From contig NC_083233.1 of the NCBI RefSeq assembly GCF_032191835.1, positions 56,668,001-56,732,000 of the forward strand: a DNA stretch of 64,000 nucleotides. Reading direction: 5' to 3'. Positions 23,784 through 34,699 of the stretch are shown piece after piece (position 1 is the stretch's first letter; each line of letters opens with the position of its first letter). The notes under the pieces are model-generated. The model did not search any database and had not been told where the DNA came from. It saw nothing but the letters and a program-made list of their open reading frames with translations. The stretch comes from Heteronotia binoei. Lineage: Eukaryota. A program made the translations under genes and the position numbers.

Positions 23784-24494
23784 CATCCTCTTCAGAGACA
23801 TGCAAAAGGTGGCTCATAAACTAATACAAGATAAATTTGAAAAATCATAAAATCATTACAATTAGCAAAGAGTTTTTAAAAACTCAGCCACTAATAGCCC
23901 AGAGTATAAAAACAGGCATAACATAAAACATGTAGTTACCTTAAGTGATACATTTAACAGTCCTCAAGGAAGAAGTAGATTGTAAAAACAGATTTAAAAG
24001 CAGATTTAAAAATATGAACCTCCTAATTAAAGAGAAATGGGTAAAAAGAAATATTGTGGCATAGCACCTAAAACAGAGTGGAGTAAGCTCCAGGTGAGTC
24101 TCAAAGGAGAGAATACTCGACAGGTGAGGTGCTGCCACTGAAAAAGCCCATCTCTGGTTACTATGCCTCACCTGTGCAGGCAGAAGCTACAGTTTGTTCA
24201 GCATTTGAAGGTGGTGCTGTTCCCATTTTTCAGATGGGTTAGATATATTGAACCATCAGACCACATGCTAGATAGTTTACTTGTTATATGGCTGGAAACA
24301 TCTATAGATTCTGCCCAGGTAGCATACTTGTACAAGACATATTACTCCAATTCATCCAGGTCAAGCTGTGTATGCTAGACTTAATCGACATGCTGGCTGA
24401 CTTCCGTAAAGGGGATCCACCATCATTTCCTCAGCCTGAGCCAACAACAACTCCTCAGTCTGAGCTCAGCAAGATATATCCAGCATCTAGGTGA
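11247..24494 (+). CDS. CFAP73: Cilia- and flagella-associated protein 73 (CCDC42B), 7 coding exons, about 328 aa
   Basis: Exons 11247-11305, 13922-14027, 15523-15627, 19574-19774, 20488-20709, 22085-22243 and 24360-24494, with GT-AG introns and consistent phases. Peptides LLEKRRELAEVEQAL, KFDKFLK, FQEIPELISRF, IQTTAAEKTL and VKLCMLDL match the CCDC42/CFAP73 family. The last exon end is uncertain because a donor overlaps the stop. Confidence 0.9.
12070..12410 (+). mobile_element. CR1 LINE 3' end, interrupted by a MITE; tail resumes at 13051-13100
   Basis: Typical CR1 3' UTR ending ggactagatg...(attctatg) repeats. Confidence 0.7.
12411..13050 (+). mobile_element. hAT-type MITE
   Basis: TIRs (c/a)aggggtgtcaaa / tttgacacccctg; 8-bp TSD GACTAGAT / AACTAGAT. 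Confidence 0.8.
14660..15010 (+). mobile_element. CR1 LINE 3' fragment
   Basis: ggattagatagattcatggagg...ggatgctggactaga...tctgatccagcagggc is typical of squamate CR1 3' ends. Confidence 0.6.
15800..16235 (+). repeat. Interspersed repeat of unclassified non-autonomous DNA-transposon type (copy A+)
   Basis: A diverged inverted copy lies at about 18508-18950. Confidence 0.65.
16236..16497 (+). mobile_element. tRNA-derived gecko-type SINE
   Basis: Same family as the copy at 2693. Confidence 0.8.
17587..17766. mobile_element. Palindromic MITE (agcaggaactcc family)
   Basis: Long internal inverted arms; other copies at about 25478-25642 and 40844-41013. Confidence 0.8.
17938..18215 (-). mobile_element. 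tRNA-derived gecko-type SINE
   Basis: Reverse complement of the family at 2693. Confidence 0.8.
18508..18950 (-). repeat. Interspersed repeat (copy A-)
   Basis: Reverse complement of 15800-16235, diverged. Confidence 0.65.
19204..19386. mobile_element. Penelope-like pseudo-LTR fragment with an inverted 5' segment
   Basis: 65-bp inverted arms followed by gatgttaccagccgtgaaaacctgaaatc; a GAAACGTC hammerhead remnant is on the minus strand. Confidence 0.6.
22901..23143. mobile_element. Non-autonomous DNA transposon (agggttacc...ggaaccct termini)
   Basis: Short TIR-like ends and internal repeated atgtcctc motifs. Confidence 0.5.
23486..23680 (+). mobile_element. 5S rRNA-derived SINE
   Basis: Same family as the copy at 9011. 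Confidence 0.75.
23738..23782. repeat. (AAT)n microsatellite, probably a LINE tail
   Basis: About 15 perfect AAT units. Confidence 0.9.
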
Positions 24495-25477
24495 GTAGGC
24501 ACATCAGCTGCTTCCGTATCTGCTAGCATGCGAGTCATCTCAACAGAAAACAACCAATTGTCTGCATAGTATTTCTTTTAAATTATATGGAAGACCTGCA
24601 ATTTGCAAGGCTGTGTAATTATTGGTAGAGTTGTGGGTAGGGAAATGTTCTGTGGAAGCACAGAAGGCTAAGGATTCAGCTTCCGAGAAATGTCAGCTTT
24701 ATCTTGATGGTTACCCCCAAATTACAACACAGTTACTTTTTACTCCAGAAGTAACTTATGAAAACCAAGATGAATATTTGGGATATACTGTGGCTTACCT
24801 GACCAAAATGCTGAGGTAATCTTGAAATGGGAAATAAGGGACATACTCAGAAGAGAACATCTTGTAATAAGAGTGATTTGAATTACCCTCATGTTAATGG
24901 TTTAATATTTGAGATTTTTATTACTAGATTGCTTACCATTCTGGGAGCCAGTTGTTGAGGTAAAGTATTTCAATCATGTCTCCTCCCTTCCCCCTTTTTT
25001 TTAGTTTTTGTAACATCAAGCCTGATACAGAATGAACTCAGTGCTTGCACATCGTTTTATGTTACTTAGCTGGTCCTGTTAAAAAGTATTATTAAAAGGT
25101 CCTGTTAAAAGGCATTCTGATTTTGGAATTTGCTCAGTACAGCTGTAAACAACTTTATACCACAGGTATGATATACCTGTGTAGTATAAATACCACATGT
25201 AGTAATGCAGTAATACAGATTTTAAAAAGGGAGAATCTGAAAAATTACAGGCCACTTAGTATAACATCAGTTCCCAGTAACATGATGGGAAAAGATAAAG
25301 AAGAACAAGATTTGTCAATGAAGAATTGGCATGGCTTCTGCAAAGGATTGCCTCACCAATGTTTGGAGTTAATTCAGGGTTTATAAGGATGAGCCAGCAG
25401 ATTTTATAGATGAGCTCCTACTGTGGTTTTGGAAAGCTTCTCATCAAAGGATCCCAAATAAACTTATCAGGGCTTTC

Positions 25478-25642
25478 TTTTGGTGTAGGAACTCATTTGC
25501 ATATTAGGCCACATACCCCTGATGTAGCCAGTCCCCCAAGAGCTTACAGGGCTGTTAGGACAGAGCCTACTGTAAGGTCCAGGCTACATCAGGGGTGTGT
25601 GGCCTAATATGCAAAGGAATCCCTGCTACAAAAAAAGCCCTG
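25478..25642. mobile_element. Palindromic MITE (agcaggaactcc family)
   Basis: Same family as the copy at 17587. Confidence 0.75.
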
Positions 25643-27213
25643 AAATTTAGCAGTCATGAGATAAGAGGATGGGATTTAGGGAAGAAATAAATGGTTAGTT
25701 CTCAAATGAGAAGGTTGTGACCCCTCACAGAGAAGAATTAATCAGTGGGCAACCTTGAACAAATTCTCACTCTGAGTTCAAGAACACTTTTTCTTCTCCA
25801 GTGGGTCAGGTATCCTTCAGAAACACAAGCAAGGCTTTTTATGTTCCCACTTGCGCTGAAGACAAACATTTTAAGCAGCCGTGTCATAGGAGGTGGTGTA
25901 CACAATCTGTCAACACTGTCTTCTGTTTTCTACCTAGGACAACCACGTCACTGTCTACACAAAAAACTAAATGGACACCAACCTGACATATAAAATAGCA
26001 TTGTTTAGAAACCACTGAGAGAACCATTTTGGTCTTCCAGGATGTGTTGTTACAGACCCTCTGCCACCATTCTTAAAAGACTTTCAACTGCTGAACTAGA
26101 ACTGATCCGGAAGCATAGTTGCATTCATTCTACAGGTCTTATTCATCTTAGCCAAATGAGAAACACTGTGTTATCACACGGGACTATGCCTATGATTTTC
26201 ACAAAAGATCGTGTTGAATATATTTGAGTCTGCCAAAAATATTCTGGATTCCAATATAATAGTAAAAATGTTATCCATCTTCAGGGGGGATCCTTGGAAA
26301 GAAAGGCAGCATATAAATTTATTAAAGAATGACAGATATGTCAGATTGAAGCCCACAATTTATTTAATTGGCAATTAAGAGATTGTGAGGCATCGCATCC
26401 CTGACATCCCTCAAGACTTAATGTGTTTGGTAATGGGCTTGTTCCATCTTGCAGGTGTTACTAATTGGTCTCTCTACCTAAACAGCCCTTATCCTCTTCA
26501 AGGCCAGAGTTGGAAGTGTAGGAATTAGCTTTTCACGAGAACCTGTGGCCCATAGGATGGGAGGGGAAGAATTAGGCGTGGTGTGGTAATCTTCTAGAGG
26601 CTTATAGCAAGAACTTGTTCTGGTGGATGTCATCATCACCTGAGGCTGCTTGGCCAAAAAACTAGAATTGAGCTAGGAGACCAGGGAAGAGAGATTCTGA
26701 TGGACTAACTGCCTGGACTGTGATATGCTTGAATTGCAATTGAGGACATTCAAGCTGTGGCCTTTGAGGCAATACCAGCAAGAGAGTGTTGGAATTATTA
26801 TCCTTGAAATTCATTAAGATCGGTGTTTCAACTAGCAAGTCATTTGGGAATGGTATATGAAGCCCTTGTTGGGGCAAATGAAGCCGTAGGCTGAAGAAGG
26901 TCTGTCTACTGAAACCGGTTCCCTTCGCTTCAGTTTTCTGATATTAACGGAAGAGAAGAAACTCACAAGGAATTTTCACTGAAAACCTTGGGACTGAAAT
27001 ATCCTTACTGTTGAGTGTATTACTGAAAGTTTTGTAAATGAAAAACACCAAACACAGTTTGTGATATTTTTATTGCTTTTGTGATTATACAGTCATTTTG
27101 TGATATTCTGACAATATAGTTATTGAATGTTCAGAACATGCCACGCACTTTATCTATCTTGCTAAACTGTATTTAAACTGTGATTCTGCTTTTTTGATAC
27201 TTTGACTCTAGAA

Positions 27214-27310
27214 CAGGGGTGGCCAAACTGTGGCTTGGAATTATGTGGCTCTTGAGGCCCCCACTACCTCACTGGCAAGTTTGAAGAAGGCATTTGTCTC
27301 TTTAAATCAC
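27214..27310 (+). mobile_element. hAT MITE, left half (split by the DIRS element)
   Basis: TIR caggggtggccaaac; matches the 5' part of the copy at about 53376-53668. Confidence 0.7.
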
Positions 27311-27602
27311 TCCAAAGAACAAATTATCACACACAAACTACCTGAACAAAACCACACTTTAATAACCATCAAACTTGATAACATCCATTCTACACAACTC
27401 AACAGTGGGTGGGAAATTATATTGGATGATTTTGACCCGCCGAAGAGAAGAAACCTTCCGGTAAGTTCAATGTTACATTCTCCTTCGGCAGGGGAAGTCA
27501 CCCATACTGGTTATATACAAAAGTTTAATGTACCATGGGTGGGTACCTGTAAAGCTAATCACTCCAGAACCTGCTGGAGAACCCTTCTACCAAAGGCAAC
27601 AT

Positions 27603-29020
27603 CTATAGATTCCTGTCAGTTCTATAATGCCTAACAAATGTGGCAAAGGAAGAGCATGTAGCAGCTCTGTATATCTCCTCAACAGGAGCACCAGTAGTGA
27701 AAGCAGCAGAGGTGGCTGCTGCCCTTGTAGAATGGGCTGTGATCCCTGAGGACACATATAACCCTCCAACTTCAGAGGCCTTCTGAATGCACAACCTGAT
27801 CCAGAGAGCAATGGTTGCCTTAGCAACCTGCTTTCCCATGTTTGCAGACCCTTGAGAAACAGAGTCTGAATGAGGCTGTTCTGTTGATGTGGATCTGTAG
27901 AACCCTCCATACATCCAACCTGTACCAAGACTTCTCCTTCAGGTGTGATAGCCTAAGGCAAAAAGATGGTAAAATGCTGTGTTGATTTACCTGATAATGT
28001 GAATTGACTTTGGGGACAAAAGAGGGTTCTATCTGAAGGACTACAGAGTCCTTATGGAAAGAACATAGTTCCTTCCTAACTGATAGGGCCCCCATTTCAG
28101 ACACCCTCCTTGCAGACATGATAGCCACAAGGAATGCCACTTTCCATGACAGAAACTTTATTTCTACAGATCTTAGAAGTTCAAATTGGGGTTTAGTTAA
28201 TGCCTGTAATGCTTTGGACAGACTCAATGTTGGAAACCTGTGTCTTACAGGCGGGGCTATCTGAGACGCCTTTTGATGTATTTATTGGTGGTCAACCTGT
28301 CAATCCCTCTGTTTCCTAAAACTGCTGCAATAAACCTGTTGCTTTAAGGCAGTGGTCCCCAACCTTTTTGGTCCCCAGCCTGCCGACCACAGCCCCAGGG
28401 CCAGAAGGATGGGGGGCACCCAATTTAGCCTCCTCCCGCAGTATTTCCTCCTCCCTCCTTTGCCCCCCATGCAGCCTCGCTGCCCCTCGCACAGCCTCGC
28501 CTCCTCATTTCCCTCCCTGTTTCCTTCTCTCTCCTTTGCCGCCCCCATGTCACCTCGCCTCCTTCTCCTCTCCGTTTTCCTCCCCCGTTTTCTCCTCTCT
28601 CCTTCGCTGCCTCCCCCACAGCCTCGCCTCCTCCTTCTCCCACCGTTTCACCATTTTAAGGCTGGTGAAGGGGCTGTGAAGTGCTTCCCAGGCTCACACC
28701 TGGGGGGGCGAGGCTGCGGGGGGGGGTGAGGCTGTGGGGGGGGCAGCGAGGCTGTGCAGCCTGTTTCAAACAGGCCGTGGCCTGGTACTGGTCCCCAGCC
28801 CGGGGTTTGGGGACCCCTGCTTTAAGGTATTTGGACGGAGTCCCTTTTCTCACCCCATGTGGAGAAAAGACAGAATGTCCCTGTATGAAGGTTTCAGAGG
28901 GTCCACTTGATGCTCAGTGGACCACTTCCAGAAAGCTGCCTATAGTTAAAAATCCTCCTAGTTGCTGGTTGTCAGGCCTGGAAAATGAAATCTGCGACTT
29001 CTCTGGGAAGTCCCGATATT
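27603..29020 (-). pseudogene. DIRS tyrosine recombinase
   Basis: HRFPTLSLSKALQAL, KVAFLVAIMSARRVSEM and ITAHSTRAAATSAAF...FVRHYR (R-H-R-Y catalytic pattern). Frameshifted and interrupted by a MITE. Confidence 0.88.
28350..28819. mobile_element. hAT MITE inserted in the DIRS recombinase gene
   Basis: TIRs cagtggtccccaacc / ggtttggggacccctg; perfect 8-bp TSD CTTTAAGG at 28342-28349 and 28820-28827. Confidence 0.9.
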
Positions 29021-29021
29021 T

Positions 29022-29390
29022 CTAAGTTTGACCGTTCAACTTCCATGCTGTCAATTTTAACCAGCTGGGTTGCGGTGTACAACTGGTCCCTGTAGCAGTA
29101 AGTCCTTCCTGGCTGGGAGTCTTCATGGTTTGGAAATCGACATCTATATGAGCTCTGAGTATCAAGACCTCCGGGGCCAGTCTGGTGCTACAAAAAGCAC
29201 TTCTGCCTTTCCCCTGTGTATTTTGCTCAAGGTTCTGCTGATTAGGAGCATTGGTGGGATCATACAGCAGCCCAGTTGGCCACCTTTGAATGAGGGCGTC
29301 TACCCCGTCGGCTGTTGGTTCTTCGAACTGAGAGAAGAAGTTTGAAACCTTCTTGTTCTTTGCTGTTGCAAATGGGTCTTGGATTGGCAC
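29022..29390 (-). pseudogene. DIRS methyltransferase-like domain remnant
   Basis: DPFAT..NKKV..FFS..GVDALIQRW..LLY, at the position where DIRS elements carry a DNA N6-adenine-methyltransferase-like domain. Confidence 0.6.
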
Positions 29391-30820
29391 CCCTAGTCAT
29401 CTTGTGAGTTCCTGAAATGCCTGCTGATTGGGTCTGAGCCAAGTCTTTCCTGCTCAGCCAATCTGCTGCAGTATTTAGAGTCCCTTGGAAGTGTTGTGCC
29501 CTGAGACCCTGCAAATGTTGCTCTGCCCATAGGCAGATCTTTATAGCCTCCTTATACAGTTTGGATGCTTTGGTCCTTCCTTGACGATTTACATGTGCCT
29601 TAGTGGTTATGTTGTCTGTCTTTATTAAAACACACTGATGCTGCGCTAGGTCCTGAAAGGCCAGAAGGGCTAGTCTGATGGCTCCTAATTCAACAAGATT
29701 CATACTGTTCTCTTTTTCCTCCCTTGACCATCTTCTCTGAGCTATTCGGGCAATGTGCTCCCCAGCCTCTGGAGCTGGCATCTGTGGTCACCACTATCTG
29801 CTTCCGAAGAATAAAGACAACTCCTTGACTCTTCCTTGTCCACCAACACAGTGATTTCCTCAGTGTGGTTGTGAGAGGAATCCGTCTGTCTGTCGCCTCC
29901 TCACAATATCTCTCTGCTAAGGGAGGAGAGTCCATTGAAGAGGTCTGGAATAAAACCTTGCCCAGGGCACCAGATCTATTGTTGGATATCAGGATACCCA
30001 TCACCTGAGCTACCAACATGAGGTCTGCTTGCCTTTGTTTGCAAAAGTTCTGTATCAGTCCTTGAATTTTTACCTGATTCTCCTCCGGTAGGGATACCTG
30101 GGCCTGTAGTGTGTCTATGACCACTCCCAGATGTACCAACCATCTGATGGGTGGCAGTTGGCTTTTTTGGAAGTTTGTTAAGAAACCCGTGCTCTTGAAG
30201 AATCTACACAGACAAAGATGTATTTTACTGTGCTGTCTGCTCTGATTTTGCTCTCACCAAAATATTGTCGAGGTACAGGTAAGCATGGACCCCCCTGAGT
30301 CCCAGGGCAGCCGTGAGCATCACCATTATTTTGGTAAAGACTCTGGGGGATGAAGACAGTCCAAAAGGCAGGGGCTTGTATTTAAAATGCTGGTATTTGA
30401 AGGCAAACTGGAGCTGCTGTCGATGTGCAGGATGAATAAGGATATGTAAGTATGCCTCCTTCAAGTCAAGAAATGACAGGAAATCCCCCTGCTGCATCAT
30501 TTGCAGTATAGTTCGTAAGGATTCCATGTGGAATTTTTGCAGTTTAACCCATTTGTTGAGGTTTCTGAGGTTCAAGATGGCTCTCCAGTCCCCTGATTTT
30601 TTGGGAAAATGAAAAGGACTGAGTACACTCCTTTGAATGTTTGTGAAATTGGAACCTCTTCAGTGGCCCCAATTGAAAGAAGGTGTTGAATTGCCTGATG
30701 GAAGGATTTTTGTTTCTGGGTCCCTCTGAGGGCTGGAGAGTATACAAAGTGATGTGGGGGAAGGTTGATGAACTCTATTTTGTACCCAAATTGTACTGTA
30801 GAGAGGACCCAGTGGTCCAA
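29260..30820 (-). pseudogene. DIRS reverse transcriptase / RNase H
   Basis: LDLKEAYLHI, PFGLSSSPRVFTK, YLYLDNILV (YLDD mutated to YLDN), TTDASSRGWGAH, NLVELGAI and TDNITTKAHVNRQG, split by frameshifts. Confidence 0.9.
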
Positions 30821-30866
30821 AGTTGTGTGCTCCCAAATCTGGACAAACTCCTGCAGCCTTCCTCCA

Positions 30867-32712
30867 TCACGCTGTTGGCTTCTTGGTTGTGTTGGTACAT
30901 TCAGGTTGTCTTGAGCTGGTCAAGGGCCTATGTTGAAATCTGGTATGGAAACGGGGGTATCTGGGATTTTTGAAGTCCCTGTTGTCCTTTCCTCTGTCCA
31001 TGCTGTTGTGGAACGAAATGAATGAAAAGCTTTCCCTTTGAATCTTTCTCCTTGGTTGCTGATGAGGATGAGGGCATTGCCTTTTTCTTTTCTTTTCTGC
31101 CTCTATAAGCACCTTGTTAAGGGTGTTCTCCCCAAAGAGGAGCCTGCCTATAAACTTCTCTGTGGACAAGTTAGATTTTGAAAGTGTGTCAGTTTTCCAT
31201 TGTTTTTGCCAAAGGTTACATCTAGCCACAATGTTAGCAGTCTGAGCTCTGGCTCCAAACTGAAAAGTGTCTAGTGATGCATTTACAATGAGTTGACCAG
31301 TCCTCTTAATTTTCAAAAGTGATTTATTGAGCACCAAAGGATTTGACTCAGACGCCTGTAGCAGGTTGTCAGCCCAAATAACAATAGCTCTAGCAAAATT
31401 GGAAAGTACAGCAGAGGCTGTTATAGCTAGTGATGAAGCTTCATGAGAGCGCTTGAGCACTGCTTCGTTCTTACAGGCCACCTGGTCTTTGAGTATGTTG
31501 TCTCCATCTTTGCATTGGACTGCCCCTGAGTGCAGAGCTACCACTGGGGCATCCACCAATGGCACCTTGAGATCCTCCATTGCTTCCTTGGGGACTGTGT
31601 AGAATTTCTTAGTGGCTGCACTTAAAGCAGCTGCTCTGATGACAGACTGTGCCACCTCTCCATCTGAGGCCTTCTTGGATGGAGTTTCCTGCTCTTCGTG
31701 GGACTTTTTGGGGCACTTACCTGGATGTGCTGCAGCAACAGAACAGTTGTCTTCTGACTCTCATCTTGGCTGATGCTTTCTTCTCAAGCCCAGGGATCTT
31801 TTTCTCTTATTTTGCAGGGACTGGCTAGATGTTGAGGAGGGGGAGGAGTCAGGAGACCCCTCCCGAGGGAGGAAGAGCTCCCTCTGCAGCGTCTGCAGTG
31901 CTTGGTTGGAACCTTTTTGTAGTTTTAGAACGGCTGCTTTCCCCTTCAAAACGTTGCGGAACAGCGCCCTCTGTTGCCAACTGTTGGAATTGGGCTTGCC
32001 CAAATAGAAGAGGAGGAAGGGCTTGCCAGCCCGCTCTCTAGGCATATGATGACAAATCAGCAGCCGGCTGGCTGAAAGGAATGGCCCAGAAGGGCATGGT
32101 CGCCATGTCGGAGGCTCCCAAACTCCCAGTAAGTCCTGTGGGCATGTGGGGACCTTGGGTCAGAGCAGCTCCCCCTTGTAAAATGCAGGCCAGCCTGGGG
32201 TCTAGTTGCATTGGCAGGCTCCCGAAGGCTCCCTCAACTCCCAGAAGGTTGGGGTTCTCACCACTGGAAGATGCATCTTTTGTCCCTTTTGCTGGGGTAG
32301 CAGCTGAGCTTGCTGAGTCCCCGCATCCAGCCACTGTAAGTGCAGTTTCTCCTCGTTCCAGTGCAATTCTGCCAGTGCCTAGTAGCGCTGCTGTGAGCTT
32401 TTGGTTGGCCAGTTGGATTGGGGAGGACGCTGGAGTGCCCTTCCTGCCTGCCCCTTCGATTGCTCCTGGAGATGGTTTGGATTCCAAGGGACTGTCGCCT
32501 TTCTCCTTATTTTGGTCTCTGTGTATACCAGACCCAGAGTCTGGGGTGTTTTCAGACGAAGGGTCTTCCGTAGAGCTTTCACTTTCATTAGTGGGAATAG
32601 GAGCTAAACTCAGATGACCTGCTGAAGCAGCAGGGCTATTCACACTAGAAGGACACTCCCACTCAGTCCTGGTTAGGCATACAGAATATTTGCATAGCCC
32701 TGCCTGGAGCAA
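30867..32712 (-). pseudogene. DIRS ORF1 (gag-like)
   Basis: Broken ORFs 32038-32712, 31761-32045 and 30867-31655 (KVPLVDAPVVAL...EASSLAI...LFGE, typical of vertebrate DIRS ORF1). Confidence 0.75.
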
Positions 32713-32760
32713 GTGGAAGTGTGACCTAACCAGCGTGGATGATTTCCCCTAACAAAGGAA

Positions 32761-32908
32761 AATGCATTTGAAGTTAAAATCACTTTCTATCTGCCCCTCC
32801 CCCCGCTATTTACTTTCCTTCCTCCCTGCTCTCAAACATTTGATGTTCATGTCTTGCTGCTCTCAAACATCTGATGTTTATTCTGTTAATCAAGCTTGGC
32901 CACCCCTG
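32761..32908 (+). mobile_element. hAT MITE, right half (split by the DIRS element)
   Basis: aatgcatttgaagtt...cttggccacccctg matches the 3' part of the copy at about 53376-53668. Confidence 0.7.
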
Positions 32909-32947
32909 TTCTCAGAGTTAAGGTTTGTGCCATCTAACACAAGTGTT

Positions 32948-33310
32948 AGTTTGGTTAAGTGTGTGGACTCTCATCTGGGAGAGCCGGGTTTGATTCCCCA
33001 CTCCTCCACTCGCACCTGCTGGAATGGCGTTGGGTCAGCCATAGCTCTTTCAGAGCTGTTCTTGAAAGGGCAGCTAGTGTGAGAGCCATCACAGGGTGTC
33101 TGTTGTGGCAGGGGGGAGGTAAAGAAGATTGTGACTGCTCTGAGATTGGCCTTGGGTCAGCCATAGCTCTTGCAGAGCTGTCCTTGAAAGGGCAGCTAGT
33201 GTGAGAGCCCTCACAGGGTGTCTGTTGTGGCAGGGGGGAGGGGTAAAGGAGATTGTGACCGCTCTGAGATTCAGAGTATAGGGCAGGGTATAAATCCAAC
33301 TTCTTCTTCT
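32948..33310 (+). mobile_element. tRNA-derived gecko-type SINE with an internal ~120-bp tandem duplication
   Basis: Body segment ttgggtcagccatagctct...gctctgagatt is present twice (about 33030-33147 and 33148-33271). Confidence 0.8.
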
Positions 33311-34120
33311 GTTTTCTTGCTGTATGTGTTGCCTATAGAATAAATCTTCCAATTTTGACAAATGGGCTTCAGCCTTGACAGAAGCCCTTAGCTAGGCACA
33401 GTCATGTTTACGGTTCACACTAGGAATTGTTACTATGGTGGAGGACAAGGTGGGTGGGTGGGACCCAAGTTTGCATCTCTGTTCACCCATGAAGCTCACT
33501 TGGGTGACTCCAGCTAGTCCCTTAGCCTAACCTACTTCACAGTATTGTTGCAAGGATAAAACTGGAAGAAATGATTCCAAGCTCACTGAAGGAAAAGGAA
33601 GGGAAGATAAAAATGTTAAGAATTAGGTAATAGATATCAGTGTGCAGGATTCCTGTTTTCATATATTAGCACAGTAGCAGAGGACCAAATAAAATGGAAG
33701 AAATTATCCACAAAGGGTAGCATGAAGGAATTCAGGAGCCAGGCCTTTTCAGGTCTACTCTGATTCTGGGATCCCAAATGTTTAGCTACTTTGGAGTCTG
33801 GGTCATATTAAGAATAGCCTTACTCTTTTGAGGAAGAAAAGCAATAGACCCTGAGGCAGCACTTGCCAGGAGACTAGGACAGGATGGATTTCAGGGGATA
33901 CAAAAGTTGTGTAGTTGGATGAACTGGCTGTGGGGTATCACTTCTGTTTAAGAAACAGACCCTTTCTGCTTCCAAAAGTGTGCCCCCCTCCTAAGTCAGA
34001 TGGCTTTTCCACTCCAGCTGTTCATTTGATAAAGGATGTTGCATTCTGGGTGCTGATTTCTCCCTGAAGAGTCATCAAATTCAAAACTGAGCAATTTAGA
34101 AACTTCTTATGGACCTAGCC

Positions 34121-34699
34121 CAGGGGTGTCGAACTCATTTGTTATGATGAGGGCTGGATCTGACATGAGACCTTGTTGGGCTGGGCCATGTCAGGCCGGG
34201 TGTGTACCTATTTATGATTAGGTAGCAGAGATATAAACTTTATAAAGGACACAAACACAATTAAAGATTTTTTTTAAAAAATAAACCTTTATAACATGCT
34301 TAAAACATTAGCACTCGTTGGTCTTAAAGGTGCTTTCTTTGTATCTCTCCCATGGGATCCAGGGAACTGGCAAAGGAAGCTTTGGCTCCTTCCTTCTCCA
34401 AGGAACCAGGAGGAAGGGAGCCTCAGACAACAGAAGGAAGAGAAGCTTGGCTCAGTAGCTCTGCTGTGCAATTGAGAGAGCCTGGCAAAGCAAGGTGTCC
34501 CTCCCCCCTTCCTCTTCAAGGGAGAAGTCTCAGCCAATGGAGAAACAGATTTTGCTCTGTAGCTCCTGTGCAATTGAGCAAGCCTTAAAAAACAAGCTGT
34601 GGTGCAGAAGGAAGCAGATGACAGCCAGTTGTCTGGGGGCCTGATAGGAGCCCTCCAGGGTGCTGATTCAGCCCCCAGGCCGTATGTTTGACATCCCTG
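34121..34699 (-). mobile_element. hAT-type MITE (same family as 12411-13050)
   Basis: TIRs caggggtgtcgaac / tttgacatccctg; degenerate CTAG-centred TSD ACCTAGCC / ATCTAGCA. Confidence 0.78.

Larger units (their letters stand above)
27311..32760 (-). mobile_element. DIRS-type tyrosine-recombinase retrotransposon, decayed
   Basis: Minus-strand order is gag-like ORF1, RT, RNase H, methyltransferase-like, tyrosine recombinase. An internal complementary region at 27424-27513 is complementary to the 5' terminus at 32727-32760. Many frameshifts and stops. Confidence 0.92.

Noticed and set aside
27311-32760. Active DIRS element or domesticated gene
   Set aside because: Multiple frameshifts and stops, YLDD changed to YLDN, a MITE inside the recombinase gene, and an apparently missing right terminal repeat.
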